From assembly GCA_965603825.1 (NCBI GenBank), contig CBFDEM010000027.1, forward strand, positions 496,001 to 560,000: a stretch of DNA of 64,000 nucleotides, written 5' to 3'. The DNA is from Blepharisma stoltei ATCC 30299. Its lineage: Eukaryota; Protista; Ciliophora. The translations under genes were made by a program, and so were the position numbers. The notes beneath the pieces are model-generated. The model worked only from the letters and a program-made list of their open reading frames with translations, made no database searches and had not been told where the DNA came from. Below are positions 13,076 to 25,567 of this stretch, piece by piece (position 1 is the stretch's first letter; each line of letters begins with the position of its first letter).

Positions 13076-14617
13076 TTACCCACGCCTGAATGTAAATTTG
13101 ACATTACCTGGGAACCCTCCTGATCCTCCATGCCTATGCCCACCTGATCTGCCACCCATTCCTCCTCCAAATCCTGGAAATCCTCCAAATCCCCCCATGT
13201 CTTCAAATCCGCCTCCACCACCTCCTCCGAAGAACATCTGGAAAATCTGCGAAGGATCAACTCCGCCACCTCCAAACCCTGAAAATCCTCCCATACCGTT
13301 TTCTATATCTTCTAGATCCATTCCACTGTCATATTGTTGTTTTTTAGTTGGATCGATTAGCACTGCATATGCTTCTGCTATATCTTTAAATTTCTTTTCT
13401 GCTTGCAATTTTGACTCTTCTGTTTCAGAATTTTTATCAGGATGCCATTTAAGCGCCTGCTTTCGGTAGGCCTTTTTGATTTCACTTTCAGTAGCATTTT
13501 TTTCAACATCTAAAATTTTGTAATAATCCTTCCTTTTAGCTTTTTTTGCATTACTTTGTGCCAAGTGAATCGTATTATCAATATCATCATAGTGCGGATC
13601 TTTTTGTTTTACTGTATTATAATCTCTTATAGCATCTTCATAGTTTTCTAAATGTGAATGAACATTTCCTCTTCTCATATAAGCTTTTGTGTATTCTGGA
13701 TTCAATTCTATAGATTTATTTAAATCTACAAGTGCTTCCATATAAGCATTCTTCTTCATATGTGCTGCTGCTCTATTAGCTAGGATAATGGCATTCATAT
13801 TTTTATTTTTTGGATCAACCTGCAAAGCTTGAGTATAAGCCTCAATAGCTTCCTGAGTATTTCCTGCAGAGAAATGTTTATTGCCCTCTTCTTTAAATTT
13901 CTCCACTTTTCGTAAATTTTTTAGCATATTTCCAGCCCACTGATGGTCAGGGTCAAATTTCAATGCTTCTTGAAACAACTTTCTAGCTTGATCTGGTAAG
14001 CCTTTATAGTAAAAACATCTACCTCTTAATGTCAAATAGTCTGGGTTTGTAGAATATTCGCTCCAAAGCTCAGTGCTGTATTGATGTCCTCTATCCAAAT
14101 TGCCTGAATCTATTAAGACCTCTAGTTTAATAAGCTTTAAACCCTGCTTTTCAGGAGACTGTTCACTCACTTTATCTAGGAAATAAAGAGCTTGGCTATA
14201 TTGAGCGTTATTTTTCATATTTATAAGCATTGAGTAATTTCCGATTGCATCTTCTAATAGCTTAAGGTCGGACTTTACAGAGTCATTATTTGGCTCCACA
14301 TGGACAGCTCGAGTCAAAAAGTCTTTAGATTGATCATAATTGCCGAAAATCAGATGGATTTTGCCAGCTCTTTGAAGGCATTTAACAAAATTTGGATCAA
14401 TCTCAAGGGCCTTATAGCAATCTTGGAGGGACTCATTGTATCGTTTTGACATAAATAATGATGCTGAACGATTGCTGTAATAGGTGGATTGATCTGGCTG
14501 GGCCTCAATTGCTTGAGTGTAAAAATCAGTGGCAGCTTGATAATTGCCTTTTCGGTACTCATCATTTCCTTTAGCTTTAAAACTCTCAGCTTGTTCCATA
14601 TTTTTATCAGCTTGCAT
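13076..14617 (-). CDS. DNAJC7: TPR-repeat J-domain co-chaperone (DNAJC7/TPR2-like)
   Basis: Multiple TPRs, J domain KDYYKIL..WHPDK, G/F-rich tail. Confidence 0.92.
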   Translation of the reverse strand: MQADKNMEQAESFKAKGNDEYRKGNYQAATDFYTQAIEAQPDQSTYYSNRSASLFMSKRYNESLQDCYKALEIDPNFVKCLQRAGKIHLIFGNYDQSKDFLTRAVHVEPNNDSVKSDLKLLEDAIGNYSMLINMKNNAQYSQALYFLDKVSEQSPEKQGLKLIKLEVLIDSGNLDRGHQYSTELWSEYSTNPDYLTLRGRCFYYKGLPDQARKLFQEALKFDPDHQWAGNMLKNLRKVEKFKEEGNKHFSAGNTQEAIEAYTQALQVDPKNKNMNAIILANRAAAHMKKNAYMEALVDLNKSIELNPEYTKAYMRRGNVHSHLENYEDAIRDYNTVKQKDPHYDDIDNTIHLAQSNAKKAKRKDYYKILDVEKNATESEIKKAYRKQALKWHPDKNSETEESKLQAEKKFKDIAEAYAVLIDPTKKQQYDSGMDLEDIENGMGGFSGFGGGGVDPSQIFQMFFGGGGGGGFEDMGGFGGFPGFGGGMGGRSGGHRHGGSGGFPGNVKFTFRRG

Positions 14618-14781
14618 AGGAATTAAGAATATCTGGAATATTTTATTAAGTAAAAGAATAATATAGCATAGATTTTAGTAAGCATTATACTAAAAATAAG
14701 AAATTACTTGTTTCTTTTTAAGACTGATTTATAAAATTCGAATATAAATTTTAAATACACTAAATACACGCTATATTTTTG

Positions 14782-15585
14782 CTAATTTGAGCCTCTATTC
14801 TTTTGCAAGGCGCTTGAAATTGCTTTTAGCTCAATTGTAATTTCCTTTTCCCTTTCTCTTATATAATTAAATTTCAGAACTTCTTCAATCTCGCTGGGTG
14901 TACCATGTATTTTGATACTCCCAAAACTATTTTTTGCTCTGATCTTTGCCAAGACTTCTGGCTTTAATATATCAAATTTTGTAAATTCTTCCTCTTTTGT
15001 ATCTCTTTTTCTCTTATGAATATTCCTCAATAAAAAATTCGTCAACTGCCTCTTATATTTCTTTACAACTTTTTCCGAATGAGCTTTAATAGGACTGATA
15101 TCTGGAGTTTTGGCTTTTAATTCTGGGCTGTCTAAAGTCTTATTTTCTTTAGGCTTTTTAATTTTATGTGTTGAGTAGCTTCTTTTAATCCAAGGTATAG
15201 GGTTATGATACTGAGCAAATACAGGACCTACAGTTTCTCGGCGATTTGGAAAGATCAGCATCATTTTTCTCTTTTTCCTTAAATCAGCTTCTTCTTGATA
15301 ACGGTCAATTGATGCATGCTTTCACAATTTTGTTCTAGTGGGTTCTGAAGTAAGAAGTCTTCCTACGCTATCGCGCTCATGCAAAAAAGGAACAAAAACC
15401 TTTTGGATCTTTATTTCAGGCGAGTCATTACGTTTTAAATCTTCTTGCAAATGTATCGGTGGTATTTTTCCAGTAGATTTGCTGCGATTAATGATTTTTT
15501 TTAATTCATTCTTGACATTGTGTGTAAAACTGAGGTTAAAAGTTTGGTAAAACTGATTAAAATTTTCGGTTCTGTCTGTAGCCAT
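14782..15585 (-). CDS. Hypothetical basic protein (~267 aa)
   Basis: ORFs 15322 and 14782 share a frame, separated only by TGA. Confidence 0.7.
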
Positions 15586-15948
15586 TTATTATTCAGGAAA
15601 ATAGCGAGGAATTTATTTTTAACTTATTGAAATTATCTCTAGTTTAGAGTACCTGAACTGATAATCAATATTATGGAGATAGCAAAGTTAGAATAATAGC
15701 TCAAGATGACAATTTTATTATTTTCAAATAAGGCATAGAATTCAAGAGTCTTTATATTGATATTTATTATAATTCAAGTATAGTTTTTTAATATTTTCAA
15801 TAAAAAGTCTAATTCTGTTTAATTTCATTGAATTTCAAAATAAGTTATGGAATAATCCCTATCTATCTTGCTATTTCTTTGCTTTTTATCTCTTTTATCT
15901 CATTATCATCAAAATAACTTCTATTATAACAATCAAATCATTAGTATA

Positions 15949-16332
15949 TTATGAATGAAGCTTACTTAGCTCTGGACAAGATTTCGATGACGATAATTTC
16001 ATTCGAGGAGCCATCAGTTCTTCTAATGATTCATCTGATGAACTGTCATCACAGTTTCTAGGCTCTGAATTTCTTATTATTTTGATAAGCGCTAAAGAAG
16101 CTACTCCAGCACATTCCAAAGTCTATATTAAAATTACAGTTGAAATCCCTGATGTCAATGTTGACAGCCATTTTGATCGTATGAGAGAGGAAGGTTCAGA
16201 TACTACACTAATAGACTCAGATACAAAGCACGGGATTTCGGTATCCATATTCAATACTGCATTGCTGATATTTTCTTCAATGTCAAGATGATTCCAATAT
16301 ACATCTAAAATCTCTGATGAGGAGGTGCCCAT
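15949..16332 (-). CDS. Small hypothetical protein (possible Gly2 myristoylation)
   Basis: ORF continues after intron 16123-16137 to TAA 15949. Confidence 0.6.
16123..16137 (-). other. 15-nt intron GTAATTTTAATATAG
   Basis: Consensus match; removes an in-frame TAG. Confidence 0.8.
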
Positions 16333-16498
16333 TTTAAAAATTATAGGCTGTGGACATTTATTTATATGAGACTTTGTGCTGAGAAATTACTTTTATAACT
16401 TGGAAATTCCCAATAAATTCTTGTTTAATTTTTACAAATTTAATATATATAGATTTATTTGAAAATGTGAGTTTTATGAATAAGACATTTTAAAACAT

Positions 16499-17194
16499 TT
16501 ATGTATTGTGACCGTTTTCCTCAGCTTGCCGTCATCCAGATACACTGTAATGAGTAGAATTTTTATCAATGCTGCCGTCCTGATTTTTAATTTTCGAATC
16601 GTTAATTGTTTCTGATAGTCGGTCTTTTTTATTTGTCTTACTTTTGCTTTGAGTCTCATTCGCACGGTCTAGGTTTGGAGATTCGCATTGAATTCCTGAA
16701 TTTTCGAATTTTATGATTTCTCGGGGTTTTCTTATCCTTTTTTTTATAGGAGGCAGAATTTGCCGAAATTTTTCTTTGAGGATTGGCGCTTGCTTGCAAG
16801 TGTCAAATATAATGAAATCAGAAGACTCAAAAGAGTCGTTCTCTGATTTTTTATTGAAAATTTCATTTTTCTTTCTTTCACCTGGAGAAATACTCTTGCT
16901 CTTTGAAGTTAAGCTGATCGTTTTATTTTTTCCTTCTTCATTTCTCAAAACCACATTCTCCAAATGATAATACTTGCTCATATTTCTCTGTTTCTTTGCA
17001 TAATGATTAGTAACTTCTCTAGCAGGGCTTTTTGTTGATAAAACACTTAAATTCTTTCATCTTAATGGAGATTCACTTGGCGAAAATTTCCCTAAAGGTG
17101 AAACTATTCTATTCGTCGCCAAAATTGAGAAAGGCTTGATACGCTTCCTTTTCTCTAAATGGTCTAGAATTCAAGAAGGGATCATATGATTCAT
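16499..17194 (-). CDS. Hypothetical Lys/Ser-rich protein
   Basis: ORF 16532-16981 extended both ways through TGA to ATG 17194 and TAA 16499. Confidence 0.65.
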
Positions 17195-17207
17195 GTTAAA
17201 TACAATA

Positions 17208-18386
17208 TTAAAATTTGACTAGATTAGGAAGATATGCAACAATAACAGTGATGTCGTCTACAACATCTTCTTCATACTGGATCCACTTGCCCCAAGCTAG
17301 GCTGGCTAACCTTTCTGCAGCTTGTTTGGCGTTAGTTCCTGACTTTGACACAGTATCAACAGCTTCTTGGTCATTAATAAATTCCCATACTCCATCACTA
17401 CACATGATTAAATATGTGGATTCTTCAGTAAGCTCTATATCACAAACTTGAGGAGTTGAAATTACTCCAACTTCTTGTGCCAAAAAATCTCCTATTGCAC
17501 GACTTGTAGATAGCCCTGGATAATCTTTTCCCTTTACAAAGATCCTATGAGGAATGTCATCAGGCAGCTTTTTTACTTCACCGTTGCGAGATTCGATTCT
17601 TTCTTTTTCTTCAGGAAGCATAGGCTTGTGGTCAAGTGTGAGTCGAACTGCTTCAAATGTATTTGCACGCTTGATGCCCATTATAGCTCGAGAGTCTCCT
17701 ACGTGGCCAATATATATATGTGTGCCACGAAGTAATACTGTTGTTGCGGTTGATCCTGATAGTGTACTTTCAAATTTCGCATTTTCAGATTCGCACAAGT
17801 CTTTTAAATTCGTGTTTGTTTGTAAAAATGACTCAGTGAAGGCTGTTAAAATATCGCTTTCAAATGACGGATGAGTCATCAATGTTGTTGGTAGCCTTGA
17901 ATGTATATAGTTTGACACTTCATGCCCATCTGTTCCATGCCCGTCAAAAACCCCGAAAAACTTGAAATTTGCATCTAAAACTATTGCAAAATCATCTTGA
18001 TTTGGGGCATGTGGTTTTAAGCCTTTTTTGCACGCAAATCCAATCCCCATGGATTGAATCGCTTCAATTTTGGCGAAATCGCCGTCGATGTTCATTTTTT
18101 TGTCTTCAAAACCTTTTTGAATTCGAGTGCTTTGCATTCCTTCAATTATTGTGCGAGAATTTAACACGAGTAAGCCTCTACTTTCTTCTTCTGCATCAGG
18201 CTTTTCAGAGCGTATCGATTTGGAATGATTAAGGATAATTTCATTAAGAGGTTCGCTGATATCGCGCTCTGGTAGTAAGGCGACGGAAAGTCTGTGGCCT
18301 TTTTTACGCTCGATTACTATTGGAGTGTTTTTGGTTTCTGAGTGTTCTAGTCCTATTAGCCTAGGCTTGGTAAAACAAATTCCCAT
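17208..18386 (-). CDS. Protein phosphatase 2C (PPM family), probably N-acylated
   Basis: NQDD, GVFDGHG, HVGDSRA, DHKP, SRAIGD, CSDGVWE, DDITV; MGIC start. Confidence 0.96.
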   Translation of the reverse strand: MGICFTKPRLIGLEHSETKNTPIVIERKKGHRLSVALLPERDISEPLNEIILNHSKSIRSEKPDAEEESRGLLVLNSRTIIEGMQSTRIQKGFEDKKMNIDGDFAKIEAIQSMGIGFACKKGLKPHAPNQDDFAIVLDANFKFFGVFDGHGTDGHEVSNYIHSRLPTTLMTHPSFESDILTAFTESFLQTNTNLKDLCESENAKFESTLSGSTATTVLLRGTHIYIGHVGDSRAIMGIKRANTFEAVRLTLDHKPMLPEEKERIESRNGEVKKLPDDIPHRIFVKGKDYPGLSTSRAIGDFLAQEVGVISTPQVCDIELTEESTYLIMCSDGVWEFINDQEAVDTVSKSGTNAKQAAERLASLAWGKWIQYEEDVVDDITVIVAYLPNLVKF

Positions 18387-18833
18387 TTAAAATTGATTTA
18401 CGTTGAGTTTTTAATCATAATATGAAATAGTTCAAGGTGATCAGAATTTTATTAAAAGAATTTAAATTGCTTGCATTTTTTTGGCTATAGTTGTATTTGT
18501 CTATATTATAATTTAAATCAGAAGACTGATAAAATGAAAATTATTTATTTTTAATTTCCACATTTCTATTATTACTTCAAAAAAACTTTCATTTTTTTCA
18601 TTTTGATTAACATCTTTTTTCGCAGTTAGCTTGATATTCTTCAAGAAAAAGTATATTAAATTTATAACAATTGGCCTTGCTACATAGATTTTATCAGTAG
18701 TTTCATTAGACTGCTTAAAAATTATTAATTTTTGTCTTGAGTTTAAAGGGTTTGCTCTTCGATCCATCATTGGTTGCTGGAGTGTATAAAATTCACTCAA
18801 TTAAAAAATAGAATAATTTTTAATAATTTTTAA

Positions 18834-20633
18834 CTAAAGCACAGAGCTCTGTGCATTCCCAGCTCTATTTGACATTTCTAGTACATCCATCAATCTAGTT
18901 AGTTCTGACATCATCGCTTCTATCCTTTGTAAAGCTCCTCGGTCATCCCCTGTCCCCCCTTGAGCTTGTTTCTAAATTATTCTTACACTTGCATTTATGG
19001 CTGAAATGCTTTCAGGTTGAGCAATATATGCAACTTGTCCTTCAACTCTGCTTATTGCAGAATTCGACCACGATTGCTGGTTTCTATCATTTTTCCGTAG
19101 AGTTTCTATTTGCTTTTTTAAATTTGTATTTTCTATGCTTAATGCTCTGCATACATTTTCAGCATTTTCTAATGCTTCTTCATATTCATGGCATTGCAAA
19201 CATTTATCGTGTGATCTCTGTCCTTGTAATAAATAATGCTCATTACCAAGGCTTTGCCTTGGTCTTATATATTCTTCACTTTCGCTGTCACTTTCACTAC
19301 TATTCTTCGATATTTCTTCGCTATGAGACTTCATAAGATATTTATTTGCCAATTCATCATTTTTATATTCATCAGAATCAAATGTATCTTTTCTCCTCAA
19401 TTTGACCTTTTTGGGCTGTTTTTCATGCTTAAAACTATTAGGCTCGCTAATAAAAATTGGGTCAATGGCCTGCTGAAGCTTCATTAATTTTGATTTCCAA
19501 GCTTTGTTTTCTTCATTTTCATGGGAATATTCAGCAAAATTTTTTCTCAGCTTGGTTATTATTGCCTTTAAAATTCCTGTCCCTTCATTATTTACGTTTT
19601 CTCTTATATCTAAAAATAATAAAGATGAGTTTGAATATAGGAGACTGACAATTTCTTTGATACCATCAAGGGTGATTTTATTTTTTTTTAAATCAAGGCA
19701 GCGGAGGACATTATCATGATAAAATGCATGGCATAGGTCATATATTGCTCTATCTTTTAACTTATTATTGCTGAGGTTAAGCTCTTCTAGGCCTTCTTTG
19801 TTAGGGTTTTCTATATAACTTCCGCGTAGACCTGCAAGCCACATATCATGATCTCTCCTTTCTATTTGCATATTTATAATTCTTCCTATATCATATCCGC
19901 TGCTTTCTTCGAGTTCATTGCTAGAAAAATCTAAATTTTTAATAGTTTTGCTCTTCATAAGCGGTGGTATTAAGACGCTTAAATTTTCATCTTCCATCTT
20001 GCAGAAGTTTATATAGAGATTAACAAGTGGGATTTCTCCTTCTAAACCTTCAGCTAAAAAATTCCAGCCTTCTTTGCCAATTTTTAAACCAATTAATTTT
20101 ATATCAGTCATGGCTCTGTTATTAGCCATATTCAGTGATAAAGATTTTAATACTTTTGCATTGTAGCTGCGATTTCTACTATTGCAAACTGTGCCAGGGT
20201 CGATGTGGATTTCAGAGTCAGATTTATCTTCAGGGTTTGGGACTAAATAAAATTTTCTAGGCGATTTTACTTTAAGAAAAGGCTCAGAAGCTGAAGGTAT
20301 CATAGATCCAGAGCTGTAAAAATCATGCTCAAGCACTAAATCAGTAAAATTCCTGCCTCAAATAAAAATCCTTTTCAAAAGTTGAAAACCAGGCAAAGAC
20401 GCTTGAATTGACTTTAAATCCTTATCCTTTAATTCATCAACGTTTAATTTCATTTCGCAATTTCTTAGATCTGAAGTTATGTGATTGTTAGGCATTATAT
20501 GAATTTTTGAACAAATTTCACGATAACTTTCTGAGTAGCCTTTTGTGGAAATTCTTGCTGAAGAGCCAAGGGGATGAGGGCTAGTAAGGGGTGTGAATAG
20601 TTTTTGAGAAATTTTTTTGCGATTGCGCTTCAT
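18834..20633 (-). CDS. RNI-like leucine-rich-repeat protein with C-terminal coiled coil
   Basis: LDFSSNEL, LNLSNNKL, LDLKKNKI, LDIREN; joined via TGA 20358 and intron 18972-18986; TAG 18834. Confidence 0.8.
18972..18986 (-). other. 15-nt intron GTAAGAATAATTTAG
   Basis: Consensus match; removes an in-frame TAG and 45 more codons follow. Confidence 0.85.
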
Positions 20634-20751
20634 GTGGTATTTTATGCAGAATAATGATATATTTTAATTAAAAATGATTTTAGGGTTATTAAGGAAAACT
20701 TGAAAATGATAAGAGATAAGCTAAGATTTTAAATAATGTATTGCAAGAAAA

Positions 20752-22431
20752 ATGGAATCACAGCATAAAAAGCCACCTCCGTTTATAAGACCGAATATTA
20801 AATTACATAGAAAGCCACCACCTTTTGTTAGGCCTTTAAAAAATCCTAAAGATAAAGAAATAAAGCAAAATCATCCTTCAGGTATAAGTGAATTAATTGA
20901 TGAACAAAACATTTCATTTCCAAGCCAAGAAAATGCTGAACGATCAATATCCTTTGCAGTGTCTCAGCCTATGATTTCTTCCAATTACAATGGAGATACA
21001 AGCAGCCAGAGTATAATCATAAATGACTCTTCTTTTATTGATTTGAATACTTCCAAAGAAACTAAAAAATCTTACAAAATGACTATTAATAAATTCTTAT
21101 TAGACCAATCTGAAAGTTACGATCCTAAAGGTGAAAATCTTGACCAATCCGCCAACTCTAGCTTTTCTGGAAATATATCTTCCAAAAATTCATATAAAAT
21201 TGATCTAAAGAAAAGAAAAACTACACAGGAAAATGTTGAAGAAAGGAAAAATGAGCCAAAAAACGAAATCCTTGATAAATCAATAAATAGTTCTTATACA
21301 GAAACAAGTGAAAGTAGAAATTCTTATAAAATTGATCTTAAAAAGAGAAATATGACACATGGAATGCTAGATTCTCCTTATATAACAAATGAAACCAAAA
21401 ATATTGAAATAGTAAATGAAACAATTGAAAAGAAGAGTTCTTATAAAATCGATCTCAAAAATAGAAAAAACACACAAGAAGTATCTCCGAAACACGAGAA
21501 AACTGAAGCAAAGCCAAGAGAAAAAACAATATCATATAAAATCAATGTAAATAACTACAAGCTAACGCAGCCTGGATTTTCACCGCAGGACCAGAGCCCT
21601 GCTACACCAGAAGAAAAAGAGCTTCCAAAGAAAATTGATATAAAATGCTATAAAATGATCCAGCCTGAGTTTAGATCACCTCCTGACCAAAGCCCAACTT
21701 CGCCAGAAAAGCCAGACTCTACCAGAATTTCTTATAAGCTTGATCCAGCCAAATTGCAAGATGACACTGATCTTGAAAAGCCCCGAAAATCTACCTACAA
21801 AATCGATCTCTATAAGCGTAAATCTACAACTCCAGAACCCAGACAATCCAATCCAAAAGAAGAATCCAAATTTCCTTACAAAAATGACACATCCAAGCGA
21901 AAAGCAACATTTCCTGCAGCTCTTCTTTCTTCTCCTAAAGATGAGCTATCACCCATAAACAACCCTCAAGATTCCTCTCTTTCTCATATAGACGCAGACA
22001 GCTCATTTACTTCAGTTATGAGTTCCACAAAGCCTAGAATTGCATTAAAAACTCACCCAATAGAAGAGTTAGAAGAGCCTGCAGCTTCTACACTTCAAGT
22101 AGAGTCTTTTTTGTTTCCTGAAGAAGAAAGTTTACCGGCTGCACCTATTCGTAGAACTATTATTATGAACTTTCCAAGTTATGTTAAAAAAACAAGAAAA
22201 GATAACGGAAAAATTGTGACTTTTTCTGAAAATGCGAATATTCCTATTGCTATGAAAGCTCAAGCGAATTTGGTGGCAGTAAAAGTGACGGATGAGCTTT
22301 TTTCGTGCCCAAAGCTGAAAAAGGGTTTGACAATGCAGCAGCTTAACAAAATGGCAAAATTGTTAGCGAGACATGTGTTTAAGAATGATTTTATTCAGCA
22401 GAGCCAGAACAGGAAATTGGTGTTTTATTAA
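20752..22431 (+). CDS. Disordered protein with ~9 SYKIDLK-type repeats
   Basis: Intact 559-aa ORF; motif recurs throughout the central region. Confidence 0.8.
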   Translation: MESQHKKPPPFIRPNIKLHRKPPPFVRPLKNPKDKEIKQNHPSGISELIDEQNISFPSQENAERSISFAVSQPMISSNYNGDTSSQSIIINDSSFIDLNTSKETKKSYKMTINKFLLDQSESYDPKGENLDQSANSSFSGNISSKNSYKIDLKKRKTTQENVEERKNEPKNEILDKSINSSYTETSESRNSYKIDLKKRNMTHGMLDSPYITNETKNIEIVNETIEKKSSYKIDLKNRKNTQEVSPKHEKTEAKPREKTISYKINVNNYKLTQPGFSPQDQSPATPEEKELPKKIDIKCYKMIQPEFRSPPDQSPTSPEKPDSTRISYKLDPAKLQDDTDLEKPRKSTYKIDLYKRKSTTPEPRQSNPKEESKFPYKNDTSKRKATFPAALLSSPKDELSPINNPQDSSLSHIDADSSFTSVMSSTKPRIALKTHPIEELEEPAASTLQVESFLFPEEESLPAAPIRRTIIMNFPSYVKKTRKDNGKIVTFSENANIPIAMKAQANLVAVKVTDELFSCPKLKKGLTMQQLNKMAKLLARHVFKNDFIQQSQNRKLVFY

Positions 22432-22602
22432 AGGTTTGTCCTATTTAAAGTACTTTTCAATTAAAATCTATTTGTCCAATTATCGGATTTTATTATAATG
22501 ATTCTTAATATTTGAAAATATCCATTATGATTTATTTAAAGATAAATAATATTTAAGCTTAAATTGGAACTATCAAATTCATAGCAATTTAATTTAATAA
22601 AA

Positions 22603-25395
22603 TTAAATAAGTTCATATAATGAGCTAATGATTTCAGTATTTAATTTTTCATTGCTTAGTCTATCAGATGATTGAAAGAAAATCCTATTTGCATCATCAA
22701 TAGATTCACGCTTAAATAAAAGTTTAGCTAATAATAAAGCGATTCGAGTATAAGCTTCATCATCTTCACATGCTAATGAAAATATAGAATAAGCAGTCTG
22801 AAAAGAATTTATTGATTCTTTAATAGAACTCAGCTTATCAAATAGAAATCCAAGCTTTACATAAATTTTCCCTACATAAGCATGATTTGATCCCAGTGAA
22901 ATTGTTGAGATTTGTAATGTACTATTCAGCAATAAAATTGCATTTTCATAATGTTGACTTTCTATATAAATATCTGCCATAATTTCATCAATAAAAAATC
23001 CTAATGGATGATATTTATTGAAATTAAATGAAATGAGTTCTTTACACCTTTCATAGCATTCCATCATTTTTTCTTTCTCACTTGCATAGAAATATGCAAT
23101 TAAAAGAACACCTAAATACCTAATTCTGTTAACTTCAAAATTTTTAATTGATGATGATTTTGTTTCAAAATGTTTTATGCATATATCAATGCTGTGAAAG
23201 TGCTTAATATAGATTGAGAGTTCTTTAAATGTAAAATTTTCAATTTTTGGGTCATAATCGAATTCTGCTTGATATTTTCGTTTTAGAGACTTAAAGTCAT
23301 ATATTTTTGATTTTTTTGTAAATTGAATAAAGTCATCAACTGTAAAAATTACACAATTACTGTCTAATTTTTGATAAGAAGAAAGCTTCATTTTAACACC
23401 ACAATGATTGAGAGTATGCCCATAAAGCATTTTTAAGTTTAAATTCTTTTTTTGTAAGTATTCTGAATCTATATCGAAATGATGTTTGGCATATTCACAG
23501 ATAGTATCATTTCAAAAATCAGTGCATTCTTCATTATTTCCAAAGATCAGATTTAGATAGTTCAGCAATAAAAGGGTAATCCTGTCTGTTCTTGTAGCTT
23601 TGCCTTTATTAAAGATCATTGGAATACTATTAGTCTCTATTATGTCTCATGAAGGGATCATAAAATTCTCAAAAATCTGATAGTGCTCTATATCAATTTC
23701 TTTTAATAAATCTGAATAATCATCTGAACTCTGTGATTTTATTCATTTTATAGCATAGTCATAAGTTTCTGTATCTAAAGTTTCTTCAGGAGTCATAAAA
23801 TAGTTCTTTCTTATTTCTTTTCTAAACAAATTTTTAATCGTCCTTCCCAATATTTCAATAATACACAATTCTCTTATATGTGGCATTTTAGTCCCAATTG
23901 CAATTTTGCCCAGACAATTTAATTTTATCGCTTTTTCATGGAGAATATTTTCTAATGAATGTGAGTCTATTGGCATGAGCCTAAGTTTATCGAAATCATT
24001 GATTAATTTCAAAATTTTCTTGTTTATTTTCCTAGATTTTTGCGTTTTATCATAGCAATTTGATAGCAGTTTATGTAAATTTATAATATAAATAAGTTCT
24101 CCAGGAGGGTCTTTTTGTATTTCTTTTCGGTTTATTGCCAAATAATTTTCATAGTTTTCATATCCACTGCATTGATGGACTTGAAAAGTTGCCGAATTCT
24201 TATCAAAATCTCCAGAAAGTCCTAATTCAGTTAATAGCAGATTGACTTGATCATTTACATAAGATGATGAGTAAAATGTTCCATCAGCTGATCTCCCATA
24301 TAGCAAACATTCTTCATTATAAAGAGGTGGAGAAGCTATTAAGAAAACTCTGTATCCTTTATAGTCTACTAAGCAAGTAATTGGGCATCTTATATCAAAA
24401 TTTTCATTTTTTGGGATCAGCTTAGATATATAATTTGTCACTTTATTACAAGCTTTATACTCATTTTTTAGTATTTTACATGTATCCTCACTATTTGCTA
24501 CAAAGCAAACTATTTTATTAACAATGTATATTGGTATTGAAAAATATTCTAAAGGTTTGATTTGCTTTTCATTTGTAATTTCTTCAACAATAAATTTGGC
24601 AACTTTTCTTCCTAATTTTTCAAAATAATCAATAAACGGAATAAATATTTCTCTATAGCTTTCCTCTATAAATATGCTTTTAATTCACAATGTTTGATAT
24701 TGGTAGTCTATCTCGCTTTCTAGTTTTATATTTTCTTCAGATTTTTGCAACTCTAATGAATCTTCTTCTTTTTCTGCAATAATTTCTTCTTGAACTTGAC
24801 TAATTTCAATAATAATTTCGTCAGAATTATCTTCAGGCTGGCAAATTTCAACTATATTATTTTGTTGTTGTACAGAAGAATCACTGTCTAGATCAATATT
24901 GCATTCAAAAATATTTGATACACTTTCAGAGCTGACACTTTCTTTATAAGACTTAGCCAATTTTTCACCTGGGTTGATTTTTTTTTCATATTCTTTTGCA
25001 TTATTTAAACATTTTAATCATGTACGTAATGATAAATCGCTGCTTACAGCAAAAATTCATATGATTTCTTTACCATTCTTAAAGAAGCATATCTGAAACA
25101 CAAAAGGCTTATTTTTCTTTTTACAAAAGTCATCATTAACTTTAGAGACATCACAATTTTGGATTTTTTCATATTCCTTTGGAATCGAAATTTCTTTATT
25201 TGATGAGTCGAAGTAGATTAAATCTCTAGGCTTTTTATTATAATAAGAAATAAATCCATGCTTCAGAACGAGGTATCTCTTGTTTCATCTTCATTTCCTT
25301 TTGGAAAGTTTTAAAACATAGCCTTCTATAGAGGAATCAGTATTAAGAATGCAACTCTCAGAATGAGCTAAGCTTTGAAACTCATTTTTATCCAT
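22603..25395 (-). CDS. PH-domain + CLU-domain + TPR protein (~930 aa)
   Basis: One frame with TGA=Trp. PH-like EGYVLKLSKRKWRWNKRYLVLK; CLU-like CLVDYKGYRV, LLYGRS, ILHEKAI; C-terminal TPRs with LGSNH. Confidence 0.75.
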
Positions 25396-25567
25396 TTATC
25401 AATATAAAATTGCATTTGAATTTCTTTAGATTTTCCTTTGGTAAGATTTTTGATAAGTTATTATATTTTAATTCTTGTATAAATATAACAAAATTAAATA
25501 TTAAATAAAAGTTATGTTCCCTTAAATTTAAAAAATTCTTATATAATTCTGTGACAGTTATTTAAAT

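Noticed and set aside
12957-13469. Pro-rich ORF and other antisense/overlapping ORFs in the track
   Set aside because: Shadows of real genes; this one is the reverse complement of the Gly-rich DNAJC7 tail.
18513-18800. Short ORFs in AT-rich spacers (also 41114-41374, 49403-49594)
   Set aside because: TTG starts, F/I/K/N-rich composition and no motifs; probably non-coding.
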